Assembly: GCA_023450745.1 (NCBI GenBank)
Contig: JAEXGR010000026.1
Location: forward strand, 8,219 to 72,218
From: Synergistota bacterium
GTDB taxonomy: Bacteria > Synergistota > Synergistia > Synergistales > Synergistaceae
Direction: 5' to 3'
Length of the DNA stretch: 64,000 nucleotides
Shown: piece after piece, positions 8,355 to 17,830 of the stretch
Position numbering within the stretch: the stretch's first letter is position 1
Layout of the letters: each line of letters opens with the position of its first letter
The notes under the pieces: model-generated
Database searches by the model: none
Told to the model about the DNA's origin: nothing
The model's input: only the letters and a program-made list of their open reading frames with translations
Translations under genes and position numbers: made by a program

Positions 8355-10928
8355 CTAATGAGATGGAGTAAAACCATACCATATACCAGGCGTTCCGTTG
8401 CTGTTTAGCTGATATTGTATGCCGTTTACACCGTCGTAGATACCACTGCTATTGCCATCACCATCTGATACGTTTCCAACTCCCTTTAAAATCTGATTAT
8501 AACTGGTTTCGACTTCTGCAAGATTTGTAAATCCATAATCGTCGGGAGACTTTTTGATCTTATCACGCTCACTAGTCGAGAGGATATCTGAGAGTTCATA
8601 CATTTTTGCGTTGCGGGGCATTATGGCCTGCAATTCCTTTTTCGTGAATCCGGGCGCCAGCACGATATCGTAAACCTTGGTACCTTGACCGGCGGTTCCC
8701 GGCAGAGCGCGGAAGCCTATGAAGCGGTCTCTTTGCGGGGCCTTGAAGAGATTCGCTGCCGTGGTTTTGTTCACCGAAGTTGTCTGACCGTCTTGGTTGA
8801 GGTAACTGGCCTTTCTTATATCAGACATAATGCTCATGTCAACCGCTTGGAAAACTCCATTATAATAGCTGTTGTTGAAGGCCGTCGTTTTGGGTGACCT
8901 TGTAATGTACAGGTTGTTCTGGTATGACCATGTGTTGTTGTACCATAAGTTGTTGTTGTTGTTGTAATTGTAGCTACTGTATGTATACAGTTTCCCGTAC
9001 TCTCCTCTGTTGACATCAGATCCCACGAAATTGCCGTACCATACCGGGTTGGATAAGAAATAACTTTCACCACAGCCAAAGGGGTCTTTTTCGTCGGTGT
9101 CCTTCATCTCATCCAGAAATTTTGCCCTGATGATGTAGTGCGGAGACGCTTTATCACTGTTTGTGTAATATTCAAGTATCGTTACCATGAAGCGTCGCCT
9201 GACTTTCCATGGCCAGCTGTTGCCATTGATGCCATTGCTGCTACTGTTGAAGAGGAATTTTTGTGTCTTCATTTGTGAGGGTTCGTAAAACGGCCCGCCG
9301 TAAGAGCTGCTGTCGCTTTTGTTGACTTCTATATTCTCCACCCCAAAAGCCCCGGGACTGCTTGTTGGCCTGTTGTTTGCTTGGCTGTCATTTCCACTGT
9401 GGTGTCCTTGGGCGAAAAGGCGGACTGGGAAGCCATTGGCGCCGGCCGTATTGTTTTTTACATATTTGTCATACTGTAGCATATACCCGGTGTCGTCATA
9501 ACGGATGTTTTTCCCGCTACCAACCCTCTCTGCGGCTCCGTTCAGCAACAGCCCATAGCCCTGAGATCCAGCGTCGACAAGTGCGTCCACGATGATGGAG
9601 ATGTTTGTCGGCGATGAGTATGATTTTCCCCCTTCCTTGCTTCTCGCAATCACCTCTTTGAGGAATTCCATGGATATCTTGCCCATTACAGTACTGCCGT
9701 AAGTGCCGCTTTTTCTCTGTATCTGAATGTAACTGGTTCCATCGGCATCGACCACGGTACGCGCCGTATCGGCGTTCAGCGGGAAATTATCGCTGCGCTC
9801 ACCGGTTTTTTCAAAAAGAGAAAGAGCTTCTTTCATATTGTTGAAGAATGGATTGGCATAAGGGGTTTTCTTTTCAAGCACGACATATGGGGACCACCGG
9901 ATGTCGCCCTCTTTTCTATCGCTCCCGTCTATTTTTGTGAGCGCAGGGAAGATCTTGCAGCGAATGACGCCAGCAACCCCCCATAGTGCGGTCCCGCTTG
10001 CCGTTTTGGCGTAAAAATTACCTGAGGTCGATATGTTTTGTGTCGTAAGCGGTGTGCCGTCTTCTTTTACCAGTTTCCAGTATCCGGTCTCTCGCTCGTC
10101 CCCCTCCGGCTTCGTGGTTTTTACATTTAGCGGCGCGTTCGTTGCTCCCGATATATACCATTCATAAGCGGAGCCATCTTTTACTGAATAGCCGGGGTCT
10201 ACTGATGGGTGGATGTCGTAGACTACACGCAGAGTTATACCTTTTTCAACGTTTGTTTTATTGTCTAAGTCGGTGTTCGGGTCGTTGGCGTCCCGCAAAT
10301 GTAAGTTCTCAAGGACGACGTTATAATCTATCTCTGCGGTTGACGCATAGAATTTTAATACTTCTCCGGTGTAAAACTTGGTGGCAGCATGCACGATGAT
10401 TTGTGATCCGCTGCGCTCCGGTTTGTTATATAAGGGAATATCAAGCGAAACCGTGTAATCGGCATCGGCGTTTTTGTCGCTCTCAGCTTTGGCCTTGGTG
10501 GACAATGTCATATTCAGTATTGCGTTAAGGTACTTCTCACCGGAGGTGACGATATTGACAGGGACGGTAAAGTTCAGGGCCTGGACTAATTCTGATCCAA
10601 CAAGAGGTCTGCTTCCCTTATTATTGCGAACAGCAATGGCCCCATCTTCATTCAGGAAGAGATAATTTATGTTGTCGCTGGTCACTGTGGCAGGGAGTTC
10701 GTTCGTTTTCAGTATTTCTATTTCTTTCGTGGTCACGATCTTGGGATATACGGTTCTTTTGAAGGAATTTATGGTGAAACGGGCGGCGTTTATTGCCCTG
10801 CTGTGTGTTTCTGAGCGGGTGTAGCTTTTCAGGGAGGTCCCCACCGTCATTGTAATCGCTCCAACCGTTATCATGATGACGATGACGCCTATTAGTATTT
10901 CTATAAGGGTAAAGCCGTTTTTTTTCAT
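8355..10928 (-). CDS. Large (857 aa) prepilin-type protein, PilW-like N-terminus with long putative adhesin region
   Basis: MKKNG|FTLIEILIGVIVIMITVGAI; long polar Asn/Ser/Thr/Tyr/Gly-rich C-terminal region. Confidence 0.85.
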   Translation of the reverse strand: MKKNGFTLIEILIGVIVIMITVGAITMTVGTSLKSYTRSETHSRAINAARFTINSFKRTVYPKIVTTKEIEILKTNELPATVTSDNINYLFLNEDGAIAVRNNKGSRPLVGSELVQALNFTVPVNIVTSGEKYLNAILNMTLSTKAKAESDKNADADYTVSLDIPLYNKPERSGSQIIVHAATKFYTGEVLKFYASTAEIDYNVVLENLHLRDANDPNTDLDNKTNVEKGITLRVVYDIHPSVDPGYSVKDGSAYEWYISGATNAPLNVKTTKPEGDERETGYWKLVKEDGTPLTTQNISTSGNFYAKTASGTALWGVAGVIRCKIFPALTKIDGSDRKEGDIRWSPYVVLEKKTPYANPFFNNMKEALSLFEKTGERSDNFPLNADTARTVVDADGTSYIQIQRKSGTYGSTVMGKISMEFLKEVIARSKEGGKSYSSPTNISIIVDALVDAGSQGYGLLLNGAAERVGSGKNIRYDDTGYMLQYDKYVKNNTAGANGFPVRLFAQGHHSGNDSQANNRPTSSPGAFGVENIEVNKSDSSSYGGPFYEPSQMKTQKFLFNSSSNGINGNSWPWKVRRRFMVTILEYYTNSDKASPHYIIRAKFLDEMKDTDEKDPFGCGESYFLSNPVWYGNFVGSDVNRGEYGKLYTYSSYNYNNNNNLWYNNTWSYQNNLYITRSPKTTAFNNSYYNGVFQAVDMSIMSDIRKASYLNQDGQTTSVNKTTAANLFKAPQRDRFIGFRALPGTAGQGTKVYDIVLAPGFTKKELQAIMPRNAKMYELSDILSTSERDKIKKSPDDYGFTNLAEVETSYNQILKGVGNVSDGDGNSSGIYDGVNGIQYQLNSNGTPGIWYGFTPSH

Positions 10929-10929
10929 T

Positions 10930-11283
10930 TTAATCAGCCCCTTCGGCTACATATAGTGAATAATGGTCATTTTCTGGCTGCGTAAATTTATAAATATTAA
11001 AAGGTATGACATCTCCGCTTATAGTGAATTGCCCATTTTGCACAAAGACTGCACCTGCGTCAGCGGCTTTGTTGTCGTGCTCGGCTGAACGATGCAACAG
11101 ATAAGAGTCCACGTTGTTAAATAATGTCTGCCGCATGCCAAGATGCTCTCCAGAACCGGCTATTTCCCTCAACGAAAAGGTCATGCTTCCAGCGAGGGCC
11201 AATAGTCCGATTGAGAAGATCAGGATACCGACCATGACCTCCACAAGAACGCTCCCATGTTTTCTCAGTTTACGGTACTCCAT
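10930..11283 (-). CDS. PilV-like minor pilin
   Basis: RKHG|SVLVEVMVGILIFSIGLLALAG; abuts the 857-aa gene. Confidence 0.8.
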   Translation of the reverse strand: MEYRKLRKHGSVLVEVMVGILIFSIGLLALAGSMTFSLREIAGSGEHLGMRQTLFNNVDSYLLHRSAEHDNKAADAGAVFVQNGQFTISGDVIPFNIYKFTQPENDHYSLYVAEGAD

Positions 11284-11735
11284 ATCAATTGTTTCTCCTC
11301 TGTTATTGGTAGCGGTATTCTTGCCGTAACGGCGGTGGTCTCTTCCAAGGTAAAGTTTGCCGTTTTGGAAACCTGTGCCCGTATTACATATGCCGTGCTG
11401 TATCTCTGTACGGCTAATTTCGCATATAGTTTTACACCGCTTTCTTCTAATTTGATAGTATTTGAAGTTACCATACCGTCACCTGTGCTTAGATTAATTT
11501 CGCTATTGAATACCGACTCCGCGATTGTATTCGTGAGAGAGCGTGCCAGTATTTCCCGTCGAAAAACAGGGAAATTTTCGTTTTGCGTTGCTTCAATCCT
11601 CAGCGTGGTCCAGTTCATGGAGACAACGACAGCTGTAATTATTGACAGCACGATGAAAGCGACCAATACGGTCATTAAAATCGCGATGCCCCGATGTCGT
11701 CTTTCATATATTTTCAATGGGGCAAAAAACGTCAA
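11265..11735 (-). CDS. PilX/GspK-like minor pilin
   Basis: RRHRG|IAILMTVLVAFIVLSII, with no Glu at +5 as in the PilX/GspK class; overlaps the next gene. Confidence 0.7.
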   Translation of the reverse strand: MTFFAPLKIYERRHRGIAILMTVLVAFIVLSIITAVVVSMNWTTLRIEATQNENFPVFRREILARSLTNTIAESVFNSEINLSTGDGMVTSNTIKLEESGVKLYAKLAVQRYSTAYVIRAQVSKTANFTLEETTAVTARIPLPITEEKQLIWSTVN

Positions 11736-11807
11736 TTTAACCCTCTCCTGTCTCTGACATTAAAGATAATGCTATTATATATGTTTTTGCATCAAATTGA
11801 CCGTAAT

Positions 11808-12110
11808 CTATTCTTGATGTTTCCCGAAAATATGCGGCAGGCCCTCGTCTATTCTGTAGTTTCTGTAGTAGAGCGCGAGGTCGCAGAGCACCAGCGTGGT
11901 GTTCAGCGTGTAAGGGATGAGCATGTATATCGCCGTGCCGCTGACCAGCACTTTGGCGATGCCGGCTACATAGCCGGTCACTATTATCAGCATGAAGGCG
12001 AGGCTCTTGCCCTTTCTCGTGCGGCTGACCCATGACTTATATATCGAGGCCGGCCAGGCGGCGGCGAAGCAGAGCAGCATCACCGTTTCAAGAATATTGC
12101 TCCATAACAT
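11808..12110 (-). CDS. Small membrane protein, PQ-loop/SemiSWEET-like
   Basis: Three hydrophobic segments, WP..IYKSW.SRT.KGKS motif; SD GAGAGG upstream. Confidence 0.7.
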   Translation of the reverse strand: MLWSNILETVMLLCFAAAWPASIYKSWVSRTRKGKSLAFMLIIVTGYVAGIAKVLVSGTAIYMLIPYTLNTTLVLCDLALYYRNYRIDEGLPHIFGKHQE

Positions 12111-12232
12111 TGTCGATTACCTCTCTTAACCGCCCGAACGCCTTTCGTCAAACCGGCGGCGGCGCGGGCGCGCGTTTTCTATATTATCTCACGTTTTGCG
12201 CCGATATTGCCAAGGCAAAGACTTTAAAATGC

Positions 12233-12712
12233 CAGGACAGCAGCATTTACTTTTAGAAGCGGATAAAAACATCAAGCAACGCCTGTATAGGGCTGGTATT
12301 TGATTTTGAATTTACCTTGCTTCTGGTTTTTACTTCGCACATCACTAAAGACAAGCGTGCCTGTACTGTTGATGGAGGTCATAACTCCTCCGCCGGCCTG
12401 CGGCCGGAGCCTCCTCGCGAGGGAGCCGAAAACAAGGCTGGTAGCTAAGGAGCATAAACCTTGTGCTGAGCCGGCCTTTATCATTTTGCCTTCCTCTTTG
12501 AGGAAGGTGGGCCGGCGGCGATTTTCCGCCGGGTCGGAAGGAGTGTTGACCTTGACCTCGATTTTAAGCCCGCCGTATCTTGTTTCTTACCCTTTGGTTC
12601 CCACACGGTATTGAGCGGACACGACCGCCGCAGCAAGAAAAAGGCGATGCTCAAGGCAGCTCTTGACCCGCAAATTTTTCTTGTCCCACAAAAAGTAAAT
12701 GCTGCCGCCCTG
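12233..12712. mobile_element. MITE-like element (480 bp) with 22-bp TIRs and 10-bp target-site duplication
   Basis: Left CAGGACAGCAGCATTTACTTTT, right (reverse complement) CAGGGCGGCAGCATTTACTTTT; TTTAAAATGC at both 12223-12232 and 12713-12722; contains two REP-like units; no transposase. Confidence 0.88.
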
Positions 12713-12824
12713 TTTAAAATGCGGGCGGAGATTGACGGCGGCGCTGCGCCCTTTAATAACGGTTTGGCTGAATAAAAAGTTTTCTGGACGGCGATTATTA
12801 AAGAGGCGGGATGAAAATCGGTAC

Positions 12825-12866
12825 TTGACCCCTTGATAGAAGTGGAATAGAATATCCATTATTCCA
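12825..12866 (+). promoter_or_regulatory. Sigma70-type promoter with overlapping inverted repeat (putative Rrf2 operator)
   Basis: TTGACC (12825)-17 bp-TAGAAT (12848); TGGAATA-N10-TATTCCA at 12843-12866. Confidence 0.6.
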
Positions 12867-12894
12867 ATATATATTGTGGAAGGAGGGAATCAAG

Positions 12895-13383
12895 CTGAAT
12901 CCGATAGTAGACTTGCCCGAGCCGCTGCTTTTAGGTCTTCACGCCCTTGGCGAGCTTGCCAAAGAACCTGACAGATGCCTTACCACGCAGCAGGTGGCGG
13001 CGGCGATCGGCACTTCGGAGCCTCACCTTTCAAAGGTGCTGCAGCGCCTCAATAAAGGCGGGCTGATCAAGTCCGTCCGCGGCCCCGGCGGCGGTTACCG
13101 GCTCAACTGCGTTCCATCCGAGACACCCCTTTATCCCATCTTTGAATTGCTTGGCGGCCCCTTTGAATCCAGAGGCTGCCGTCTTGAGGGCTGCCGCGGA
13201 AAGAAATGTTTTATCGGCGACATGATGGACGAGCTGTCGCGCGCTTTTTTCCGCTACCTCGAATCGCGCACTCTGGCCGACTTTACCTCATATTACACAA
13301 GCGGCACGGATGTGAGCATTGAAATCTCGGTCGTTACCCCGAGCTTGGGGCAGAAACATCCCAATTTCGGGCATGTTCATTAA
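12895..13383 (+). CDS. Rrf2 family transcriptional regulator (three Cys, probably Fe-S binding)
   Basis: HLSKVLQRLNKGGLIKSVRGPGGGY; CRLEGCRGKKC. SD AGGAGG precedes an in-frame CTG at 12895; the ORF track start is 12874. Confidence 0.9.
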   Translation: MNPIVDLPEPLLLGLHALGELAKEPDRCLTTQQVAAAIGTSEPHLSKVLQRLNKGGLIKSVRGPGGGYRLNCVPSETPLYPIFELLGGPFESRGCRLEGCRGKKCFIGDMMDELSRAFFRYLESRTLADFTSYYTSGTDVSIEISVVTPSLGQKHPNFGHVH

Positions 13384-13411
13384 TTTTATTATGGAAGAAG
13401 GATTGTGTTCA

Positions 13412-14692
13412 TTGAAGAGAAAAAATATGGTTGCGGCATTAATGCTGATGCTGCTGGCGCTGTCTCTCCCTGTTACCGCCTTTGCCGAGGGATTCGGCGT
13501 CTACGAATGGAGCGCGGCCGGTACGGCGATGGGCGATAACTATATGTTCGGAGAGAACGACCCCGCGGTACTCGCCTATAACCCCGCGCAGATCACCAAG
13601 CTCAACGGCAGCTATCTAAGCTTCGGCACAAGCTGGGTGAATCCGGCGACGTCGATATCGTTTAAAAAAGGGCCGCTGAACATGTATAATTCCGATGAAT
13701 GGGATAACTCATACAGCCCGGCGATAATACCCTATATGTATTACGCGACCAAGGCCGGGAAAAACGCCTGGTGGGGCGTCGCCTTCTTCGCGCGTTTCGG
13801 AAACCAGATCGAATACGACGATCTTTGGCCTGGAAGATATGATACGGTCTATTCCGGCATAAAGGGCGTAACCCTTCAGCCGACGTATGCTTTTAAAGTC
13901 AACGATAAGCTTTCCGCCGCCGTGGGGCTTGACATCAATTATGTTGGGCTGCGGATGAAGAAGGATATTCCAGCAATCAACGGGACCACATATCTGGGTG
14001 ATTTAAGGTCAGATATCGACGGCAATAGTACGAATATAGGATGGGTAGCCTCCTTAATGTACGATTTTACGCCGAAAACGTCAGGCGCCATCGTTTATAG
14101 GTCACGAATCAAGCACACAATGGACGCGGACGCGAACTTTAACGGCAGTTTGCTGGCCGTCGGTCCTTATAAACTGGATACGCAGGCCCATGGCACGGTC
14201 ACTCTTCCAGATTCTTTATCAATCGGTCTCGGGCACAAGTTCAACGATCGGACGCGCATGGAGATCAACGCCGTCTGGACCAACTGGAGCACGTATAACG
14301 CGCTGAACCTGAGCTTTGACGATCCGATTCTCGGTAGAATCAGCGAATCCAACAATCCCAAAGATTGGGAGGCGGCCTGGCGTATCGGTATCGGTATCGA
14401 GCACAAGCTCAGCAAGAAGTGGAGCATTCTCGCCGGATATGTCTTCGACGAGAGCCCCGTGCCTGACAGGTATATGGACTTCACCGTCCCGACAGGCGAC
14501 CGCCACCGCGGCAGCATCGGCTTCAAGTACCGCCCGAACGAGACGAGCGAGCTTTCCTTCGCTTACACGGCGATCTGGGCCGGCAACAGAGACGTGGAGT
14601 CGCATATCGGCAATCTTGACTACCCGTCCGCCTACATCCACGACGGTCTGACACAGGTAGTCTCCATCGGATATAACATAAAGCTGAAATAA
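13412..14692 (+). CDS. fadL: OmpP1/FadL family outer-membrane transporter
   Basis: Signal peptide, then EGFGVYEWSAAGTAMG and YNPA hatch motifs; beta-barrel pattern; SPVP...PTGDR. Start uncertain (13391/13412). Confidence 0.85.
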   Translation: MKRKNMVAALMLMLLALSLPVTAFAEGFGVYEWSAAGTAMGDNYMFGENDPAVLAYNPAQITKLNGSYLSFGTSWVNPATSISFKKGPLNMYNSDEWDNSYSPAIIPYMYYATKAGKNAWWGVAFFARFGNQIEYDDLWPGRYDTVYSGIKGVTLQPTYAFKVNDKLSAAVGLDINYVGLRMKKDIPAINGTTYLGDLRSDIDGNSTNIGWVASLMYDFTPKTSGAIVYRSRIKHTMDADANFNGSLLAVGPYKLDTQAHGTVTLPDSLSIGLGHKFNDRTRMEINAVWTNWSTYNALNLSFDDPILGRISESNNPKDWEAAWRIGIGIEHKLSKKWSILAGYVFDESPVPDRYMDFTVPTGDRHRGSIGFKYRPNETSELSFAYTAIWAGNRDVESHIGNLDYPSAYIHDGLTQVVSIGYNIKLK

Positions 14693-14708
14693 GTTATATA
14701 AATTTCTG

Positions 14709-14757
14709 ATAACGAAAGCGGGAGGGCCGTCAATAGATGCCCTCCCGCTTCCGTTAT
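14709..14757. terminator. Terminator-like hairpin after fadL
   Basis: ataacg..agcgggagggc / gccctcccgct..cgttat inverted repeat. Confidence 0.7.
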
Positions 14758-14811
14758 TGGGAGAAATTCAATCAGGTCGCTTCAAGGCGGTTTTAAACCA
14801 AGTTCAAATCT

Positions 14812-14918
14812 GAGGTCAAAACTCCTCCGCCGGCCTCACCGGAGCTCTGATGTACCTGCCAGCCGAGCCGCGCGAAATTAAAGATTTTGGCTCCCTGGCC
14901 GCCTCAGGAGAGGGAACC
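14812..14918. repeat. Single REP-like unit interrupted by a 54-bp insert (14848-14901)
   Basis: actcctccgccggcct..ggagctc|insert|cctcaggagagggaacc matches the unit near 12383-12427; the insert is a reverse-complement homologue of 24875-24934. Confidence 0.75.
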
Positions 14919-15136
14919 GAAACTGGGCACATCGACAGCATACTCGTGTCTGCTATACAGATAATTGCTGTGCTTTCTGCAAATAAAAGAAAACAGGTTA
15001 ACGCCGTCGGCGTCAAAAATTTATCTTCGTCCTATATTCACGGTTGGCATACGCGGGTTGTTTTTGTGTGGTGAAATATTAAGATTAAAATATTTAACTA
15101 GAGGCATACACCTTTCCGATGGCATAGTTAAAAACG

Positions 15137-15916
15137 TTATACCTGCTTAAATTGATCGATGTATAGGTTGCTGCCCGAGTTAGAGTCGTTTTGTTTAACA
15201 GTAGCTTCACCTTTTACAAACGCACCCGTTGCCGGATTATATTGCGTGACGGTGATCTTTGAACCTTTTACAAGGTTTTCCTTTGTGAAATAAAATAGGT
15301 AGTTATTTCCGGTCTTTTTTATTTGCCAATAATAGCCGGATAGGTCTAGTCCTATTATTTTCCCAATTTGCTCTGCCATCTTTTGTCCGTAATTTACGCC
15401 GGTAGAGTCCAAATGGTCTGATGTATTCTTCTCGAAATATAAGGCTACACTCACAACACTATTTGCAAGGCCTTCATAATCGTTTTTCCCGCTGAGGAAG
15501 GCATACAGCTTTTTTGTAAGCGCGTCGGAAAAACCGTCCGAATGGAGCATGCACTCGGCAACAACGACACCTGGGTCAACCAAAGTAATGGCGCATTGGG
15601 CTTTCGCAGGGCAGACACCACTGAAGGTCTGGAAATCAAGGTCGCCTGTTCCTGAGGGCTTCATATTTGGATGTTCGCTGACTATCTTGGCAATAATCTC
15701 TTTAAATTGAAGCGATGTGTCTGATACGCTATTTATGTTATAGCTTCTTTCAATGATTTTTCTATTGTTCAGGCATGCCGTTTTCTCCGCGGTGTCAGTT
15801 GCGCTGCCGCTGGAGATCATCATCATCCCCGCGAGTATGCCGATGATTATTATTACGATCAGCAGCTCGACTAAGGTGAAGGCTTTTTTATGTTTTTGCG
15901 TCATAGACATCACCAT
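15137..15916 (-). CDS. Type IV pilin-like protein with C-terminal extension
   Basis: HKKA|FTLVELLIVIIIIGILAGMMMISSGSATDTAEKTAC, close to the N-terminus of the 5209 pilin. Confidence 0.88.
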   Translation of the reverse strand: MVMSMTQKHKKAFTLVELLIVIIIIGILAGMMMISSGSATDTAEKTACLNNRKIIERSYNINSVSDTSLQFKEIIAKIVSEHPNMKPSGTGDLDFQTFSGVCPAKAQCAITLVDPGVVVAECMLHSDGFSDALTKKLYAFLSGKNDYEGLANSVVSVALYFEKNTSDHLDSTGVNYGQKMAEQIGKIIGLDLSGYYWQIKKTGNNYLFYFTKENLVKGSKITVTQYNPATGAFVKGEATVKQNDSNSGSNLYIDQFKQV

Positions 15917-16164
15917 CCATACAGATGCGGAACTGTTTTTATTATACTGCTCAATTGCGTTTTTTAACCATATTTTTATGATATGCGCTAAAAAGTGAAG
16001 GCGGCACAGGAAGGGTCTTTTGAGGGGGATAATGTTCTAATATTCTGAAATTGTCTATTTTGTAACAAAACTCTTGTCAATTTTGATTATTGATGTATGC
16101 TACGCATGTGTCACAGAAATATAACTAATTAGTTATAATTTTCTTTAATACGGGAGGAAAAACC

Positions 16165-17823
16165 ATGGCTACGCAGGGGCATTTTGTGGATTTGGAGAGT
16201 TTTAAGCGTCTCAACGCCACCCCCATCAGGACGACTATCGAGACGGCTTTCTACGGCAATAACGTCTCCCCGGTCAAGGATCTTAAGGAGGCCTACGGGC
16301 TTGCGAAGAACAGCCCCGGAACAGTGGAACTGACAGGCATGCCCGTCCACCGGCCGGCGGAACTCGGCCTTCCCGAGGATGCGAACGTGCTGCTCTTCAA
16401 CGACGGCGCGATCTTTGGGCGCTGCGCCGCGGCGCGCCGGATCGTGGGACATCCCGGGGTATCAGTGCCCGACCTGGCGACGCTTCTGCGCGAGGCCATC
16501 CATAACGCCCGTTTCCGCCGTTTTTATTCGGCGCAGGCGATCATCGGCCTGGAAGAGGACTTTATGGTCAAGGCCAATCTCATGGTACCCGAGGGATTTG
16601 AGAACAATCTTTACAGCTGGATGCTGAATTTCCAGTATCTCAACGAAGAGTACGCGGAACGTTACAAGAATTCCCGCGAACTTCCGAACGACGGAGATCT
16701 CTATGTCTATGCCGATCCCTACTGGACGCACCCCGACTATCCGCTGGGCCTCGCCTTTTTCTCACCGGAGCAGAACTGCGCCGCGATTCTGGGGATGCGC
16801 TATTTCGGCGAGTTCAAGAAGGGTACGCTGACGCTCGCCTGGGGCGCGGCGGCGCGCAACGGCTACGCCTCCTGCCACGGCGGCCTCAAGCGCTACGAGC
16901 TGAAGGACGGCAGCGGCAAGAAGTATGTTCTCGCGGTTTTCGGCCTCTCAGGCTCCGGCAAATCGACCATCACGCACGCGAAACACAAGGATAAGTACAA
17001 CGTCACCGTGCTTCACGACGACGCCGTCATCATCAATGTCAAGGAGAAGTACGCGATCGCGCTCGAACCGGCCTATTTTGACAAGATGCAGGACTACCCG
17101 ATCGGCTGCCCCGATAATAAGTACCTTTTGTCCCTGCAAAACTGCGGCGTAACGCGCAACGCGGAGGGAAAGCTGATGGTGGTCAGCGAGGATATCCGCA
17201 ACGGCAACGGCCGCGCCGTCAAGTCCCGTTTCTGGACGCCGAACCGTATAGACAGAATCGACGAACCGCTCAACGCGATCTGCTGGCTGATGAAGGACCC
17301 GACGCTGCCGCCGGTGGTGCGGCTTACCGGTCCGTCGCTGGCCTCGGTGATGGGTTCGACGCTTGCGACGAAGCGCACTTCGGCGGAGCGCCTCGCCCCG
17401 GGAGTGGACCCCGACGCGCTGGTCATCGAGAGCTACGCGAACCCCTTCCGCACCTATCCTCTCGCGATGGACTATATACGCTTCCGCACGCTCTTTGAGG
17501 ACGGCGTGGACTGCTACATCCTCAATACCGGCTCTTTCATGGACAAGAAGGTGGAGAAGAACACGACGCTTTCGATCCTGGAGGAGATCGTCGAGGGCAG
17601 GGCGGTATGGAAGTCCTTCGGCAATATCCCCGGTATGGAATATCTGGCGATTCCCGGCTTTGAGCCCGACTTCAACAATTGGAGCTATAAGCAGCAGTTC
17701 ACCAACCGGATGAACGACCGCCTCCAGTTCATCAAGTCGCGCGAAACGGAAAAGGGCGGCATGGACTCGCTTCCGCCAGACGCCCTGCACGCGGTGGAGA
17801 TGGTTATCGAAGCGATCAAGTAG
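16165..17823 (+). CDS. pckA: Phosphoenolpyruvate carboxykinase (ATP)
   Basis: YFGEFKKG, SCHGG, P-loop FGLSGSGKST, LHDD, NGRA; SD GGAGG. Confidence 0.88.
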   Translation: MATQGHFVDLESFKRLNATPIRTTIETAFYGNNVSPVKDLKEAYGLAKNSPGTVELTGMPVHRPAELGLPEDANVLLFNDGAIFGRCAAARRIVGHPGVSVPDLATLLREAIHNARFRRFYSAQAIIGLEEDFMVKANLMVPEGFENNLYSWMLNFQYLNEEYAERYKNSRELPNDGDLYVYADPYWTHPDYPLGLAFFSPEQNCAAILGMRYFGEFKKGTLTLAWGAAARNGYASCHGGLKRYELKDGSGKKYVLAVFGLSGSGKSTITHAKHKDKYNVTVLHDDAVIINVKEKYAIALEPAYFDKMQDYPIGCPDNKYLLSLQNCGVTRNAEGKLMVVSEDIRNGNGRAVKSRFWTPNRIDRIDEPLNAICWLMKDPTLPPVVRLTGPSLASVMGSTLATKRTSAERLAPGVDPDALVIESYANPFRTYPLAMDYIRFRTLFEDGVDCYILNTGSFMDKKVEKNTTLSILEEIVEGRAVWKSFGNIPGMEYLAIPGFEPDFNNWSYKQQFTNRMNDRLQFIKSRETEKGGMDSLPPDALHAVEMVIEAIK

Positions 17824-17830
17824 TTTTGCA

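Noticed and set aside
8860..8990. AAC/TAC-rich stretch in the large pilin as a DGR template or variable region
   Set aside because: No second copy differing at adenines and no reverse transcriptase in the window; the (AAC)5 run is an in-frame Asn tract.
12272..12859. Short ORFs inside the repeat regions (also 14816-15150, 18424-18733, 24538-25421) as transposases
   Set aside because: No DDE, HUH or recombinase motifs; they are incidental frames across non-coding repeats.
5209..15916. Classical shufflon swapping pilin C-termini
   Set aside because: Each pilin has its own start and signal peptide; no shared crossover sites at core/tail junctions and no invertase were seen.
16120..16137. Perfect 18-bp palindrome TATAACTAATTAGTTATA upstream of pckA
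   Set aside because: It may be an operator, but it is AT-rich, single-copy and cannot be assigned to a regulator from sequence alone.
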